64,000 bases of DNA, from positions 1 through 64,000 of the forward strand of contig JAYGDX010000259.1 in assembly GCA_046582655.1 (NCBI GenBank), written 5' to 3'. The stretch is from Candidatus Poribacteria bacterium. Its GTDB lineage: Bacteria; Poribacteria; WGA-4E; UBA9662. The notes beneath the pieces were generated by a model. It was not told the DNA's origin and searched no databases. It saw nothing but the letters and a program-made list of their open reading frames with translations. Made by a program: the position numbers and the translations under genes. Positions 51,784 to 62,341 of the stretch are shown piece by piece. How positions within the stretch are numbered: the first letter of the stretch is position 1; each line of letters starts with the position of its first letter.

Positions 51784-52965
51784 TCAGACATCTTCATGCA
51801 GATGTCGTGATATGTTCAGTAAGATTCCAACGGAAATTAGGGTCATTACCAAAGAACTACCTCCATAACTGATAAAAGGTAAGTTGATTCCTTTAGTTGG
51901 TAAAAGCCCCGTAGTAACTCCAATGTTTATTACCGATTGGAGGCCAATCTGAGTGATTATACCAAGCGAAATTAAACTTGCAAATTGATCCGTTGCATAG
52001 GTTGCGATGTAGATACCACGCCATACGAACAGCATAAAGAGCAAAATAAGGGTTATTGTTCCTAGAAGACCAAGTTCCTCTCCCACGATGGCAAAAATAA
52101 AGTCATTATGTGGATGCGGTAGGAACATCAGTTTATAAATACTATTCCCTATACCAGCACCGGTTATACTACCAACGGCTAATGCGTTTAGAGACTGTGT
52201 CACCTGATAGTTTGTATCATAAGGATTGGAAAACGCACGTACATAGTCTTGTATTCGCTGCATTTTGTAATTATCACCCTGCATCCATATAAAAACAAAG
52301 AACCCTGCAATCACGCCAACCAGAAAAATTTGTGATATTCGCGCTCCACCAGTTATCAAAAGTAGTATTATAACCAAGCTTAATAGTACGGCAGATCCAA
52401 AATCAGGCTGAACATATAGAAGAAAAAAGACCAAAGCGAGGATAATTAGATTAGGCAGTATTCCCTGCGTAAAGCTTTTAATCCGTTCATGTTTGCTAAT
52501 GAGGAAATTTGAAGTGTAAATAATCATCCCTAACTTTACTAATTCAACTGGTTGAAAACCGAAACCTCCCAGTCGAATCCACCGATGAAACTTCATCCCC
52601 GACCTCGACTGAACATAATAGCCCAACGGTGTAAAAACCAGTAGCAAAATAAGGATGGAAAGTCCAAGTATCCCCTTTGCGTGTTTAGCGTAAAATTGGT
52701 AGGGTATCAATGACACAGCCATCATCAGACCTAAACCGCTAACGACTGCAACCAGTTGGACTTTGAAATAACGGAGACCATTACCATTATAAGTTTGATC
52801 TATGAAAGCATTTCCGGTACTGTAAACCATTACAAGCCCAAAACTGACAAGACACAAAATTAAAAACAGAAACAGTTGATCGATCTGCTTTACAAAGCCA
52901 AAAGATGGATTAACCGGTAAAGGGGGATTATAAGATTGGTTGTTTACTGTGGACCTTAGATTCAA
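51784..52965 (-). CDS. ftsW: SEDS peptidoglycan polymerase FtsW
   Basis: RWI, QPVELVK, QPDFG, PHNDFIF..GEELG, LPFISYGGSS. Confidence 0.95.
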   Translation of the reverse strand: MNLRSTVNNQSYNPPLPVNPSFGFVKQIDQLFLFLILCLVSFGLVMVYSTGNAFIDQTYNGNGLRYFKVQLVAVVSGLGLMMAVSLIPYQFYAKHAKGILGLSILILLLVFTPLGYYVQSRSGMKFHRWIRLGGFGFQPVELVKLGMIIYTSNFLISKHERIKSFTQGILPNLIILALVFFLLYVQPDFGSAVLLSLVIILLLITGGARISQIFLVGVIAGFFVFIWMQGDNYKMQRIQDYVRAFSNPYDTNYQVTQSLNALAVGSITGAGIGNSIYKLMFLPHPHNDFIFAIVGEELGLLGTITLILLFMLFVWRGIYIATYATDQFASLISLGIITQIGLQSVINIGVTTGLLPTKGINLPFISYGGSSLVMTLISVGILLNISRHLHEDV

Positions 52966-54325
52966 GTTGGGTTACTACTTTCCGAAAAGTCTGCCCACGT
53001 TCTTGGTAATCTTCAAACATGTCAAAACTGGCGTTGGCTGGTGAGAGGAGAACTACGTCTCCAAGTTCTGAATGTTCATAGGCAAGGTGAACAGCAGCGC
53101 TCATATCTGTAGTGTTTAAAGTAACGATATCTTCTGAAAGCGCGTTTCGGATTATTTGGGTGCGTCCACCCAGCAGAATAACTTTCTTGACTTTAGATTG
53201 AATCAGTCCGATAAGTGGCTCATAATTATTACCTTTATCGTAGCCTCCCATAATCAATATAATTGGAGCCTCAATTGATTCAAGCGCAGCACGAACGGCG
53301 ATGACATTGGTTGCCTTCGAATCATTAATAAATCGAATGCCGTTCACTTCTCCCACGAATTCAAACGCATGTGCCAGAACAGGATAATTTTGGGGCACGA
53401 AATTAATCACTGTTGATCTAATATCGCTAGGCGAGATTTCAAAGATTTGGGCAACTGCAATCGCGGCCAACATGTTTCGGATGTTGTGTCTTCCTTTCAG
53501 ACGGATTTCGCTGATGTGACACACGCGAGTCAATTGGTCTTGCCAGTTTATCCAGATTTCATCGTTTCGCAAAAAGGAGCCTATCTTAGGCTCAGTGGAA
53601 TCAGAAAAGTAGACTGGCTTTGCCCTAGTGTTATTGGCAAAACTTAGCACTTTCGAATCTCCAGCATTTAAGATGATCCAATGATCGTCTGTTTGGTTTT
53701 GACAGATATTTTGCTTTATCTCCTGATAGCTCTGCATTGTTTGATGACGATCTAAGTGGTCACGGGCTATATTCAGTACCACACTAACTAATGGACAGAA
53801 ATTAATTGTTGTCTCTAACTGAAAACTACTTACTTCTGCAACTACGATATCATTTGTCACTAAACGTTGCACATCATTTGAAAGGGGATTACCAATATTA
53901 CCAGCCACGCAAACTGTTCCGAAGGCTCCCCTCTTAAGTAATTCTCCTGTAAGTATGGTAGTCGTTGATTTTCCTTTGGTTCCGGTAATAGCAACGATTG
54001 GTGTGCGACATACGCTAGCAGCTACCTCCAATTCTCCTCGGATAGGTATTCCTTCATGTTTAGCTTGAACCAGAATCGGAATGTCTAGCGGCACACCAGG
54101 TGATACAACGAGCATATCTTTGTTCTTTATGCATTGTGGCTTGTGTCCACCCAGCAGAAAATCGATATCTAAGTCACTGAGGGCATCAATTTCGGTCTTA
54201 AGTTGATCGGCAGATTTTGGATCAGTAACGCACAGGTTAGCACCCAGATCATGTAGTAGTCTGCTTACAGCAATACCACTCCGACTCAACCCAAAAACTG
54301 TAATTTGCTTACCTTCGAATTTCAT
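52928..54325 (-). CDS. murD: UDP-N-acetylmuramoyl-L-alanine--D-glutamate ligase
   Basis: VVSPGVP, TGTKGKSTT, EVSSFQLE, DHLDRH, NDSKATN, LLSPANASFDMF. Confidence 0.96.
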   Translation of the reverse strand: MKFEGKQITVFGLSRSGIAVSRLLHDLGANLCVTDPKSADQLKTEIDALSDLDIDFLLGGHKPQCIKNKDMLVVSPGVPLDIPILVQAKHEGIPIRGELEVAASVCRTPIVAITGTKGKSTTTILTGELLKRGAFGTVCVAGNIGNPLSNDVQRLVTNDIVVAEVSSFQLETTINFCPLVSVVLNIARDHLDRHQTMQSYQEIKQNICQNQTDDHWIILNAGDSKVLSFANNTRAKPVYFSDSTEPKIGSFLRNDEIWINWQDQLTRVCHISEIRLKGRHNIRNMLAAIAVAQIFEISPSDIRSTVINFVPQNYPVLAHAFEFVGEVNGIRFINDSKATNVIAVRAALESIEAPIILIMGGYDKGNNYEPLIGLIQSKVKKVILLGGRTQIIRNALSEDIVTLNTTDMSAAVHLAYEHSELGDVVLLSPANASFDMFEDYQERGQTFRKVVTQLESKVHSKQPIL

Positions 54326-54368
54326 CAGCAACCTACTTTACTGGTAGTTCACAGTATTCAGAATGGAT

Positions 54369-57300
54369 TCACTTCTTAATAACTATTTTTTGCCTGTCTG
54401 TATGGATTCCATTAACTCGCAGCATGACAAAATACATGCCGCTAGCAACGATATCACCATTCAGGTTTCGGCCGCTCCAGTAAGCAGCTCGATCTCTCGT
54501 ACGATAACTGCCAGCAGATTTGGATCCAAGTTCAATTTGACGCACAATCTGACCGTCCAATGAATAGATCAAAATGGAGATATCTGCCAATATAGCGACG
54601 TCAAATGGAATCCAAGTATCAGGATTAAAAGGATTGGGGTAGTTTGGCAACAATCTAGATTTGGCTGGATGGAATTCTTCCACTTGTGCTAGGACCTGAT
54701 CGATTAGTTTCGAGGCTAGTGCTACGGCGTTTGGATTACTGAATTTTGAGGCGACTAGAATGAGGTCAAATAGGTCCACAATCCCGTCGGTATTTACGTC
54801 AGATTTCCCGTTGAATCCCTGATTGATTCTGTTTCCGAAATCCTTGGCAACAAGCACGAGATCAGTAATGTCCACAACACCATCATGATTTATATCCCAT
54901 TTTAAAAAAACAGGTAGCTGAATTGCTGGGGTTATCCGACTCCAACTCCGGCTCTCAAGTTGCGCGTTATTAATTGCTTTTATTCTTCCGTAGTAATTAC
55001 GTTCATGCTTCCCAACGAAGCTATAATTTGTTTTGCTACCATCTATTTGTTCATCAACAATCAAGTCTAAGAATATGCGCGTGTCAGTATCAATCTGAAC
55101 ATGATAAAGTGCAATTCCACTCAAATCTTTAACTGGTTTCCATTTTAGCGTAATTTGATTATTTGATGTTTCCCAACTGATGTTCGACACCATTTTTGGA
55201 GGAGAACTATCGATTCTAAATTCAAAGTGACTGGTCTCAGTCCAATATCCAAGCTGATCCTTGGCTCGAACGTGAACCCACCAAATCCCATCGTTGAGTC
55301 CAGAAAACTTTAACTTATTGTTTTTTACCATTAAATCCGGAAAATTGTCAGGGATGTTTTTGGGGCGATGATCAAGTACAAAACTATACTTCCGGCCATT
55401 TTGGTTTTCTGGGATGGTAACTAGGTCCATCTTGGGAGAATCGCTGCTATACCATCTATCTGATTTTGGGTGCGTCGTCGACGATATTTGTGGTGGTTGC
55501 AATGGTGTGTGATCAACTATAACGTATTTTGCGCTGTTAACTGTGCTCACCCCTCCATGTGAGTCCGTTGTGACTGAACGTAAGTGATATTTTCCGTCCT
55601 TAATAAAGATGGTTTGCCATGTATATGATTTTGTGTCGCTGGTGATGTTCTTTGTAATTAATTTGGCAAATTGATCATTGAGAGAGTCATTGTAATAATA
55701 AAGATCGATGGTAAAATCGTCCCCTTCTGGATCCTGTGCTTGCCAATCCACTTTGAAGGATTTGTCAGAAATCGCATTGTCGGTTGGTATAACGAACTTA
55801 AATTCTGGACTTGTGTTTGGCCGTGGCGGGGTATGGTGAACCTTATAAATCTCCTTTAAATTTAATATTTCAGGAAATTCAAGTTCCTGCCAGGCCACTG
55901 CAATGCCAATAATGTTCTTCGGTCTTCGCTCAACTAAAATTCGCCAAACTAAGTCAAATTTATCATCAATATTATCATCATCAATACCAAGGGTCATATC
56001 TATGGAATCCGAAGTGTCAAACACATCCCAAAGAATACTGGCTATAGTCCCTTCAACAACTGATCCATCTTTGTTTTGGCCTTTTCCGTTGTTACTGCCT
56101 GTCCACCAATTGTTTGCTTCAATGTTAGGGGTTGCCTCCCCCCATCTTCCGGTTACGTTTAGAGCACGGTCATCGACTGCGGCCTCGCAGAATTCAGCCC
56201 ATCCTTCGCTAAAAGCAAATTCGAGGTCCGATACAGTTTCGAGTCGGTGTGGCATTTGATGATTTCCGCGCGGTACCTGTTCATATTGATAGTCATAAGC
56301 TGCCATCATAACGGAATGACCATATTCATGGTACATCGTGACATTACGCCATTGATCAACCCCAGCAGCAATTCTGATTTCTTCCCCAGTAATTTTACCT
56401 CCAAATTGATTGGCATAGTAATATGAAAAACGTCCTGAATCCGGCCAAACGACTCGGATGTGATCCCGACTCCAACCTAGCCGGTTTAGGAAAAAATTAT
56501 GCGCTCTCTGGATGGCATCATAGATATTTCCGAGCGCGCGATTCGGATTCCGATCATCCAGTACCACATCAATAACAACCTCCCCTTCTTCCACGTTTTG
56601 AATTATCTCCGACCTGATTTCGTAGATCTTCTTCCGGCGATCGCTTATGGATAACAAGTCATTACTGAATCGAACCCCAACGACCAAGTTGGGAATCTGA
56701 TCCTTATCAAGTCCTGGAAGATCATTAAAAAAGTATGAACCTTGATCATCAGCGTACGTTTCCGCCACGATAATTTGGTTATTATATAGTATAACTTTCG
56801 AGTTTTGGATTGGTTTCTCGATTTTTTCATTGTCATTGAAATAACTAACTTTTCCGTGAACGTTAACTTGACCAATTTGCTCAGCCCAATGCCGTTGTTT
56901 GACACGTGACTGTAAGATATCGCCTCCAGAAAATCGATCTGGAGGGTAGGTCAGGACTTCTGCAGATGCTGTAGATGAACGCAGATAAAGATAGAAATGC
57001 TCAGCAACTGGCCTGTTGTATAAGTCAGTAAAGTAGATAGATGCTTGTAACGGGTATTGACCTGGTTTATCGACCAAAAAACTTACACGAAATTCCGTAT
57101 CTGATCGAGTGGGCAAGTAAACATAGTCAAAGGCATCTGGTGATTGAGGGGTGATTCCACGAGGCAGTCTGAACAGGACTTGACAGACGATATTCTTATT
57201 GAGATTTGAATCAATTGATAAAATCAGCGTAGTGTTTTCACCAACCCTCGGTGCATAAGCAAGTTCTAGATGACCGTTAACACTAGGGGAATAATGCCTG

Positions 57301-57374
57301 TATGCAGATATATTCGTGGGGCCCAAAGCTAACAGGAATAGGACTATTAGAGAAAAAAAACGCACTTGAGTCAA
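54369..57374 (-). CDS. Secreted multidomain zinc metallopeptidase-like protein with Ig/FN3, dockerin and FlgD-Ig/T9SS-like C-terminal domain
   Basis: Signal peptide; HEYGH...AFSEGWAEF; FN3-like repeats; DINHDGVVDITDLV and DVNTDGIVDLFDLI; LPNYPNPFNPDTWIPF...VASGMYF. Confidence 0.8.
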   Translation of the reverse strand: MTQVRFFSLIVLFLLALGPTNISAYRHYSPSVNGHLELAYAPRVGENTTLILSIDSNLNKNIVCQVLFRLPRGITPQSPDAFDYVYLPTRSDTEFRVSFLVDKPGQYPLQASIYFTDLYNRPVAEHFYLYLRSSTASAEVLTYPPDRFSGGDILQSRVKQRHWAEQIGQVNVHGKVSYFNDNEKIEKPIQNSKVILYNNQIIVAETYADDQGSYFFNDLPGLDKDQIPNLVVGVRFSNDLLSISDRRKKIYEIRSEIIQNVEEGEVVIDVVLDDRNPNRALGNIYDAIQRAHNFFLNRLGWSRDHIRVVWPDSGRFSYYYANQFGGKITGEEIRIAAGVDQWRNVTMYHEYGHSVMMAAYDYQYEQVPRGNHQMPHRLETVSDLEFAFSEGWAEFCEAAVDDRALNVTGRWGEATPNIEANNWWTGSNNGKGQNKDGSVVEGTIASILWDVFDTSDSIDMTLGIDDDNIDDKFDLVWRILVERRPKNIIGIAVAWQELEFPEILNLKEIYKVHHTPPRPNTSPEFKFVIPTDNAISDKSFKVDWQAQDPEGDDFTIDLYYYNDSLNDQFAKLITKNITSDTKSYTWQTIFIKDGKYHLRSVTTDSHGGVSTVNSAKYVIVDHTPLQPPQISSTTHPKSDRWYSSDSPKMDLVTIPENQNGRKYSFVLDHRPKNIPDNFPDLMVKNNKLKFSGLNDGIWWVHVRAKDQLGYWTETSHFEFRIDSSPPKMVSNISWETSNNQITLKWKPVKDLSGIALYHVQIDTDTRIFLDLIVDEQIDGSKTNYSFVGKHERNYYGRIKAINNAQLESRSWSRITPAIQLPVFLKWDINHDGVVDITDLVLVAKDFGNRINQGFNGKSDVNTDGIVDLFDLILVASKFSNPNAVALASKLIDQVLAQVEEFHPAKSRLLPNYPNPFNPDTWIPFDVAILADISILIYSLDGQIVRQIELGSKSAGSYRTRDRAAYWSGRNLNGDIVASGMYFVMLRVNGIHTDRQKIVIKK

Positions 57375-57511
57375 TTCAATCTGAATTTAAGTATCACTCG
57401 AAACCTATATAGTTGGGAGAAGTACTTGCTTTACTAAACTTAATGTTATCAAGTATACTTCACGTGTCAGAACGATTTCAATCTACATACCAAATAGACA
57501 AAGTTGAACCT

Positions 57512-58582
57512 ATGAACCACATTGATAAAATTGGCTTGATAGGTGTTGCTCACCCGCATTCTATCGCTCACCTGAAGACTCTTCGTTGGATAGATCAAAT
57601 TGTGGATATACCAATCTACGATCCCGACGAATCTGCGATTCGCAATGCCAAAGAGGAAATTGGCGACAAAATCGGAGAAATATATACCGATCTCGACAGC
57701 TTACTTAACCGAACAGACGTGCCAATTATGTTCGTATGTCTGCGAAATGATCAAACTCCAGACGTCTTAATCAAATGTGCCGATGCAGCAAAGCATATCA
57801 TTGTAGAAAAACCGGTTGCAACGTCGGCTGAAGCATTCAAACCGGCACTTGATACAATTGAGAAAGCTGGTCTTAAAATGACGGTTTGTTTTCAGAACCG
57901 TTACCATCCGATGGTACAAGAGATCTTTAATTTAATCGGCGAAGGAATTTTGGGCACACCGATGTCAATTGAGATGCGGATGATTACATCCCAGGTTAGA
58001 TTTCGCGATCCTGATCACTGGTTATTCCAGAAGGAACTTTCCGGTGGTGGCATTTTATCATGGTTAGGATGCCATTATCTAGACATGGCGTGTTACTTTA
58101 TGCGAGACCGTGTCAGCGAAGTAAGTGCAATTGTGGCAACAAACAGTGGAGAGTCAATCGATGTCGAAGATACTGCCTCGCTCTCTTTTCGATTTAGTAG
58201 TGGCTCAGTTGGCAGTCTGCACGTAGGTTATATGTTACCATTCAGTGGGTCGGGTTATATGGGGCCTAGCTACGACACGTACATTGCAATTCGTGGGACA
58301 AAAGGCAACATTGTATGGAATCCGTTTGAAATGGAAAAGCCACTTACAGCTGAGAGTACGATAGTGGCATGGGAAACGTCACCGCATCGCGTTTTTCATC
58401 ATCAGCTACCAGCATGTGATGCCTACGGTGGAATACACGGCGTAAAATTCGTGACTGATTTTTTAGACACAATTGCTTCTGAAAAGCAGCCAGCAGTGAG
58501 TGGTAACGATATGATGCACGTTTTGGAAATTCTAGATGCCGCTTACGAATCAGACGCAACCGGCAGAAGAATTAATATTTAG
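57512..58582 (+). CDS. Gfo/Idh/MocA family oxidoreductase
   Basis: HIIVEKP, QNRYHP, SGGGILSWLGCHYLD, DVEDTA. Confidence 0.93.
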   Translation: MNHIDKIGLIGVAHPHSIAHLKTLRWIDQIVDIPIYDPDESAIRNAKEEIGDKIGEIYTDLDSLLNRTDVPIMFVCLRNDQTPDVLIKCADAAKHIIVEKPVATSAEAFKPALDTIEKAGLKMTVCFQNRYHPMVQEIFNLIGEGILGTPMSIEMRMITSQVRFRDPDHWLFQKELSGGGILSWLGCHYLDMACYFMRDRVSEVSAIVATNSGESIDVEDTASLSFRFSSGSVGSLHVGYMLPFSGSGYMGPSYDTYIAIRGTKGNIVWNPFEMEKPLTAESTIVAWETSPHRVFHHQLPACDAYGGIHGVKFVTDFLDTIASEKQPAVSGNDMMHVLEILDAAYESDATGRRINI

Positions 58583-59625
58583 TTACTGTCAGCTAATTCA
58601 AATGATTCTAGTTCAAATTCAATTTCGACGGTTATTTCTCCACGTGTTTGCATTTGCGTAAACTTGACGAGACCCACGTCAGGTGCCAGCCATTTCTGTA
58701 CAACCGTCTGGTCAAGGTCCTGATTGAACAATTTCCATGAGAAGGATTCTTGCACCTGAAAAACGCTATTGAAAGTTCCTGCAGGAACGGTTAAATTCTC
58801 CTCAGAAATGACCTCGAACTCATCTGAACCACCACCTATTGGGAAAAGCTCAGGTGTTAGTTTCGCTTGGAAGCTTTGTTGCCATTGGTTGCCGGGAATC
58901 AGTGGGAAACGATAAAGTGACAAAAAAGGTACAAACATGATAGTATCTTCTGTGCCAGAAGTAACATTTTGTGCGTACTGAAGTATCTCAATAGGTTTGT
59001 TGTTTTTGTCAACATTTCGACCTAGATAGGAAAAATTATAAATCCGCCATTCCTGATCCTGGTTGGCAGGGTCAGCTAAATTTGGGTCATATTCTGGTAA
59101 ATTTGGGTCGTATTTACTCAGCACGTAACTCGGAACAGTCCGGTTTTTTTCTAACTGAATTTGGATTTTATCAATAATCTCGAATACAATTTTGTTTTTC
59201 TTATTATGAACGTTGCTATAAGTCCATACATTGCCTACAGAAAGTGGGTAGTAATCACCAAGACGTGTTTTCCAGACCTGAATAATGAGTAATCCATTCG
59301 TTGATTTGCTTCCATCGCTGACGTTCACATTAATCTGAAAACGTCTTTCTTCTTTTGGTGCAATCCAAGTAGCACCATTACCATCGCCCTGAATGGAGCC
59401 TCCTGTTGATGACCATCGGAAGAACATCGGGTCATCTTCGATATCATATGCTTCTAGGCGAATTGTGAGTTTTGATCCCGGTTCAACGATGTTTGATTCC
59501 GACTTAAGTAATTTAATCTTTGGGGCATAATTCTTATGTCGATCTGAGATTTCATCGCTACAACTGGTTATAATAACTAGCCAGATCGTTAACAAAAGAA
59601 ATATATACTGCTTAACAGCAAGCAT
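58579..59625 (-). CDS. Lipoprotein with Ig/PKD-like domain and beta-rich C-terminal domain
   Basis: Lipobox IITSC; WSSTGGSI..WIAP; YYPLSVGNVWTY; TVPAGTF; WLAPDVGLVK. Confidence 0.7.
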   Translation of the reverse strand: MLAVKQYIFLLLTIWLVIITSCSDEISDRHKNYAPKIKLLKSESNIVEPGSKLTIRLEAYDIEDDPMFFRWSSTGGSIQGDGNGATWIAPKEERRFQINVNVSDGSKSTNGLLIIQVWKTRLGDYYPLSVGNVWTYSNVHNKKNKIVFEIIDKIQIQLEKNRTVPSYVLSKYDPNLPEYDPNLADPANQDQEWRIYNFSYLGRNVDKNNKPIEILQYAQNVTSGTEDTIMFVPFLSLYRFPLIPGNQWQQSFQAKLTPELFPIGGGSDEFEVISEENLTVPAGTFNSVFQVQESFSWKLFNQDLDQTVVQKWLAPDVGLVKFTQMQTRGEITVEIEFELESFELADSN

Positions 59626-59734
59626 CTAAAGCTCCTCGACGAAACCGCAGTTATTGAAACGCTCGTTTAATTAGGAAGATGACAGATGATACGTGAATTA
59701 CATTTTGGCAAGAATTTAGTAAGCAGGAGATGGA

Positions 59735-60259
59735 TTGATGATAATGCTGGTCGACGGATACAATCTATTACATAACCTTCCAGAGTGCACTTATGATCTA
59801 AAACATGATCTTGAAGCTACGAGGGATTACTTAATTGGTAAACTTAGTCGCTATGCCTCTGACTATGATGTAGAGGTGAGGGTGGTCTTTGACGCCCATT
59901 ATACCAATCATCTGAAAACTTCGATTAAGAAACAAGTGGGAATCAGAATTGTTTACACAAAAACTGATGAAACAGCAGATAACTACATTATCAACTGGAT
60001 CAAAAAGTACCACCAAGGTAAATACATTGAAGTAATAACTTCTGATCAAGGACTAAGTCGAGCTGTTAAACAGTTGGGTGTCACCACCCGCAAGACAATC
60101 GAATTTGACGATACTTGCAGTCAGTCGAATTCTGTTTTGGGTCAAAAAAGAAAACTTGGTTCTGCCATATTAAACAGCGAACCATTGCTTGGGGATCGGA
60201 TTGGAAAATCAGCTTTTAATGACTTGAAAGAGCTGAAACGAAAACTGGAAGGGAAATAA
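59735..60259 (+). CDS. NYN-domain ribonuclease, YacP/Rae1-like
   Basis: LVDGYNLL, VVFDA, ETADNYI, VITSD. Confidence 0.88.
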   Translation: MMIMLVDGYNLLHNLPECTYDLKHDLEATRDYLIGKLSRYASDYDVEVRVVFDAHYTNHLKTSIKKQVGIRIVYTKTDETADNYIINWIKKYHQGKYIEVITSDQGLSRAVKQLGVTTRKTIEFDDTCSQSNSVLGQKRKLGSAILNSEPLLGDRIGKSAFNDLKELKRKLEGK

Positions 60260-60262
60260 ATG

Positions 60263-61795
60263 TCATCCTCCAATGTTTAACTCGCGGATTAGCCGGGATA
60301 GGTAGGTCCGCTGAATATCCAAAACCTCGGCCGTTTTGGATCGATTACCGTCATTCTGTGCTAACATATATTGGATGTATTGTTTCTTGAATCCCCGTTG
60401 GGCATCTTCCAGTGCCAAAGTCTTGTTGGGTATTTCACTCTTACTCCAATTTTTACGCAGGCTCAGTGGTAAATCTTCCACTTGGATTTCTTCATCTTTT
60501 CCCAACACCACAGCATGCTCAATAGCATTCTGTAGTTCACGAACGTTTCCAGGCCACGTATGGGTCATCAGGATTTGAACAGCGTCTGGACTAAATCCAG
60601 TTTTCATCCGTTTCATTTCCCAACTATATTTATTCAAAAAATGTGACGCCAATCTTAGTATATCTTCAATTCGTTCGTGAAGCGTCGGTAATCCAATCGT
60701 AATCACGTTCAATCGATAATATAGATCTTCACGGAAACTGCCCTGTTTTATCTTTGATTCAATATCTTGGTTGGTAGCCGAAATGATACGAGCATCGCAA
60801 TTGATTGGCGCTGTTCCACCGACTCGGTAAATTTGTTGGTCTTGCAAGACTCGCAATAACTTCGCTTGCAGACCAATCTGCATATCTCCAATCTCATCCA
60901 GAAACAGAGTGCCTTGGTTGGCCAGTTCAAACCGACCTTCCTTGCGACTTGTCGCACCAGTAAAAGCACCTCTCTCATGGCCAAAAAGTTCACTTTCAAG
61001 AAGATTGTCGGGTAAAGCCGCACAATTGACTGGAATAAAGGGCTTTTTTGCTCTTGAGCTTGCGTTGTGAATAGATTGCGCAATTATTTCCTTACCTGTA
61101 CCACTTTCCCCACGGAGCAAAACAGTTGAACTTGTCTGAGCAACTCGCTCTGAGAGTTCTAATACCTTACGCATCTTTGGGCTAGATCCAATGATATCTT
61201 GAAACTGTGTATGGTTTGTCCCTAGTTCATATCGCAGCGTTTGGTTTTCACGCTGTAGAAAATTATGTAGATGCGCATTTTCCAACGCGATCCCGGCCGC
61301 ATTAGCTACAACTTCAGTCAGATATAAATTTTCTTCGGAAAAAGGCTGACTATCAGCTTTGTTTAACAGTTGAATCGCACCAATAATCCGATCTCGTGTC
61401 ATGATCGGGACGCACATCATCGTTGTCGCAGCAAAATCCAGCTTCTCGGCGATGGATATAGCGTGCTCCTTTTCTTTTCGGGCATCTTGTGTAATTAGGG
61501 AGGTTCCTTCTTTCACAACAGATCCAACTATGCCTTCACCTATTTCAAGAACAATTTCTTTGATTTCTTCGCTCTTTTCACCAGTTGCCGTTGCGACGTT
61601 AAGTCGTTGCTTATCATCATCAAGTAACCATATTGAACTTGCACTTGCTTCCACCACAGTAGCCAATTCTGATAAGACCAAATCAAGGATCTCTTGTATG
61701 TCCAGAGAGGAATTAACCGTGTGGCTAATATCAAGCAAAGCATGATATTGGCCTGACGATATACAATCAACAATTTGCTCTTTTCTGTCTACCAT
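60263..61795 (-). CDS. Sigma-54-dependent activator (GAF-AAA+-Fis HTH)
   Basis: GAF domain, [50 protein letters not shown]. Confidence 0.95.
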   Translation of the reverse strand: MVDRKEQIVDCISSGQYHALLDISHTVNSSLDIQEILDLVLSELATVVEASASSIWLLDDDKQRLNVATATGEKSEEIKEIVLEIGEGIVGSVVKEGTSLITQDARKEKEHAISIAEKLDFAATTMMCVPIMTRDRIIGAIQLLNKADSQPFSEENLYLTEVVANAAGIALENAHLHNFLQRENQTLRYELGTNHTQFQDIIGSSPKMRKVLELSERVAQTSSTVLLRGESGTGKEIIAQSIHNASSRAKKPFIPVNCAALPDNLLESELFGHERGAFTGATSRKEGRFELANQGTLFLDEIGDMQIGLQAKLLRVLQDQQIYRVGGTAPINCDARIISATNQDIESKIKQGSFREDLYYRLNVITIGLPTLHERIEDILRLASHFLNKYSWEMKRMKTGFSPDAVQILMTHTWPGNVRELQNAIEHAVVLGKDEEIQVEDLPLSLRKNWSKSEIPNKTLALEDAQRGFKKQYIQYMLAQNDGNRSKTAEVLDIQRTYLSRLIRELNIGG

Positions 61796-61829
61796 GGATA
61801 TCCCCCCTAACCAACACAATTCCTAACTA

Positions 61830-61858
61830 AGTATAGCAAAATCAGTTTGCCAAAGCAA
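61830..61858 (-). promoter_or_regulatory. Putative sigma-70 promoter of the activator gene
   Basis: TTGCTT-N17-TATACT with extended TG. Confidence 0.55.
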
Positions 61859-61943
61859 GCTTAGAAACCACAGGTCCTCTGGATGATTAGGAAACTTAAT
61901 GTTCGGTACGATTACCGTAAATTCTGATATATCTTGTTCATTG

Positions 61944-61975
61944 CTTGTAGGTTCTCTATCTTGTAGGTTCTCTAT
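61944..61975. repeat. 16-bp perfect tandem duplication
   Basis: CTTGTAGGTTCTCTAT x2, intergenic. Confidence 0.9.
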
Positions 61976-62341
61976 GTTATTGTCCAATATCCCATGTTGT
62001 AGAGAAGGGGTTCTTCTAAAGATTTTTAATTTGTGGGAACCTTAGATAGTCTCATTCTTCAAAGAACATAATGGTTGAACCCAAATCTGTTTATACGATA
62101 TAATATAAACTATAGTTCAGAGGTAGATATATGACCGTGCGAAGCTCCAGTTTTTCATTTTCTGATTTGTTTTTTTCAGGTTTTCGGTTCCTTGATCATT
62201 TGATGATTCATATTCGGTATTAATGCACATAAAATTTCAATGGTTGCTATTTGGATCTATTGATTTTTGCTTGTGATTTTGCGATTGTTCTATTCTCGAT
62301 AAATCATTGATGGTTCGCCTCTATTCTGAATTACGGAGCTT

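Noticed and set aside
52928..54325. L-Glu-specific MurD2/MurL pathway
   Set aside because: Canonical D-Glu-type C-terminal motifs are retained and no murL is adjacent
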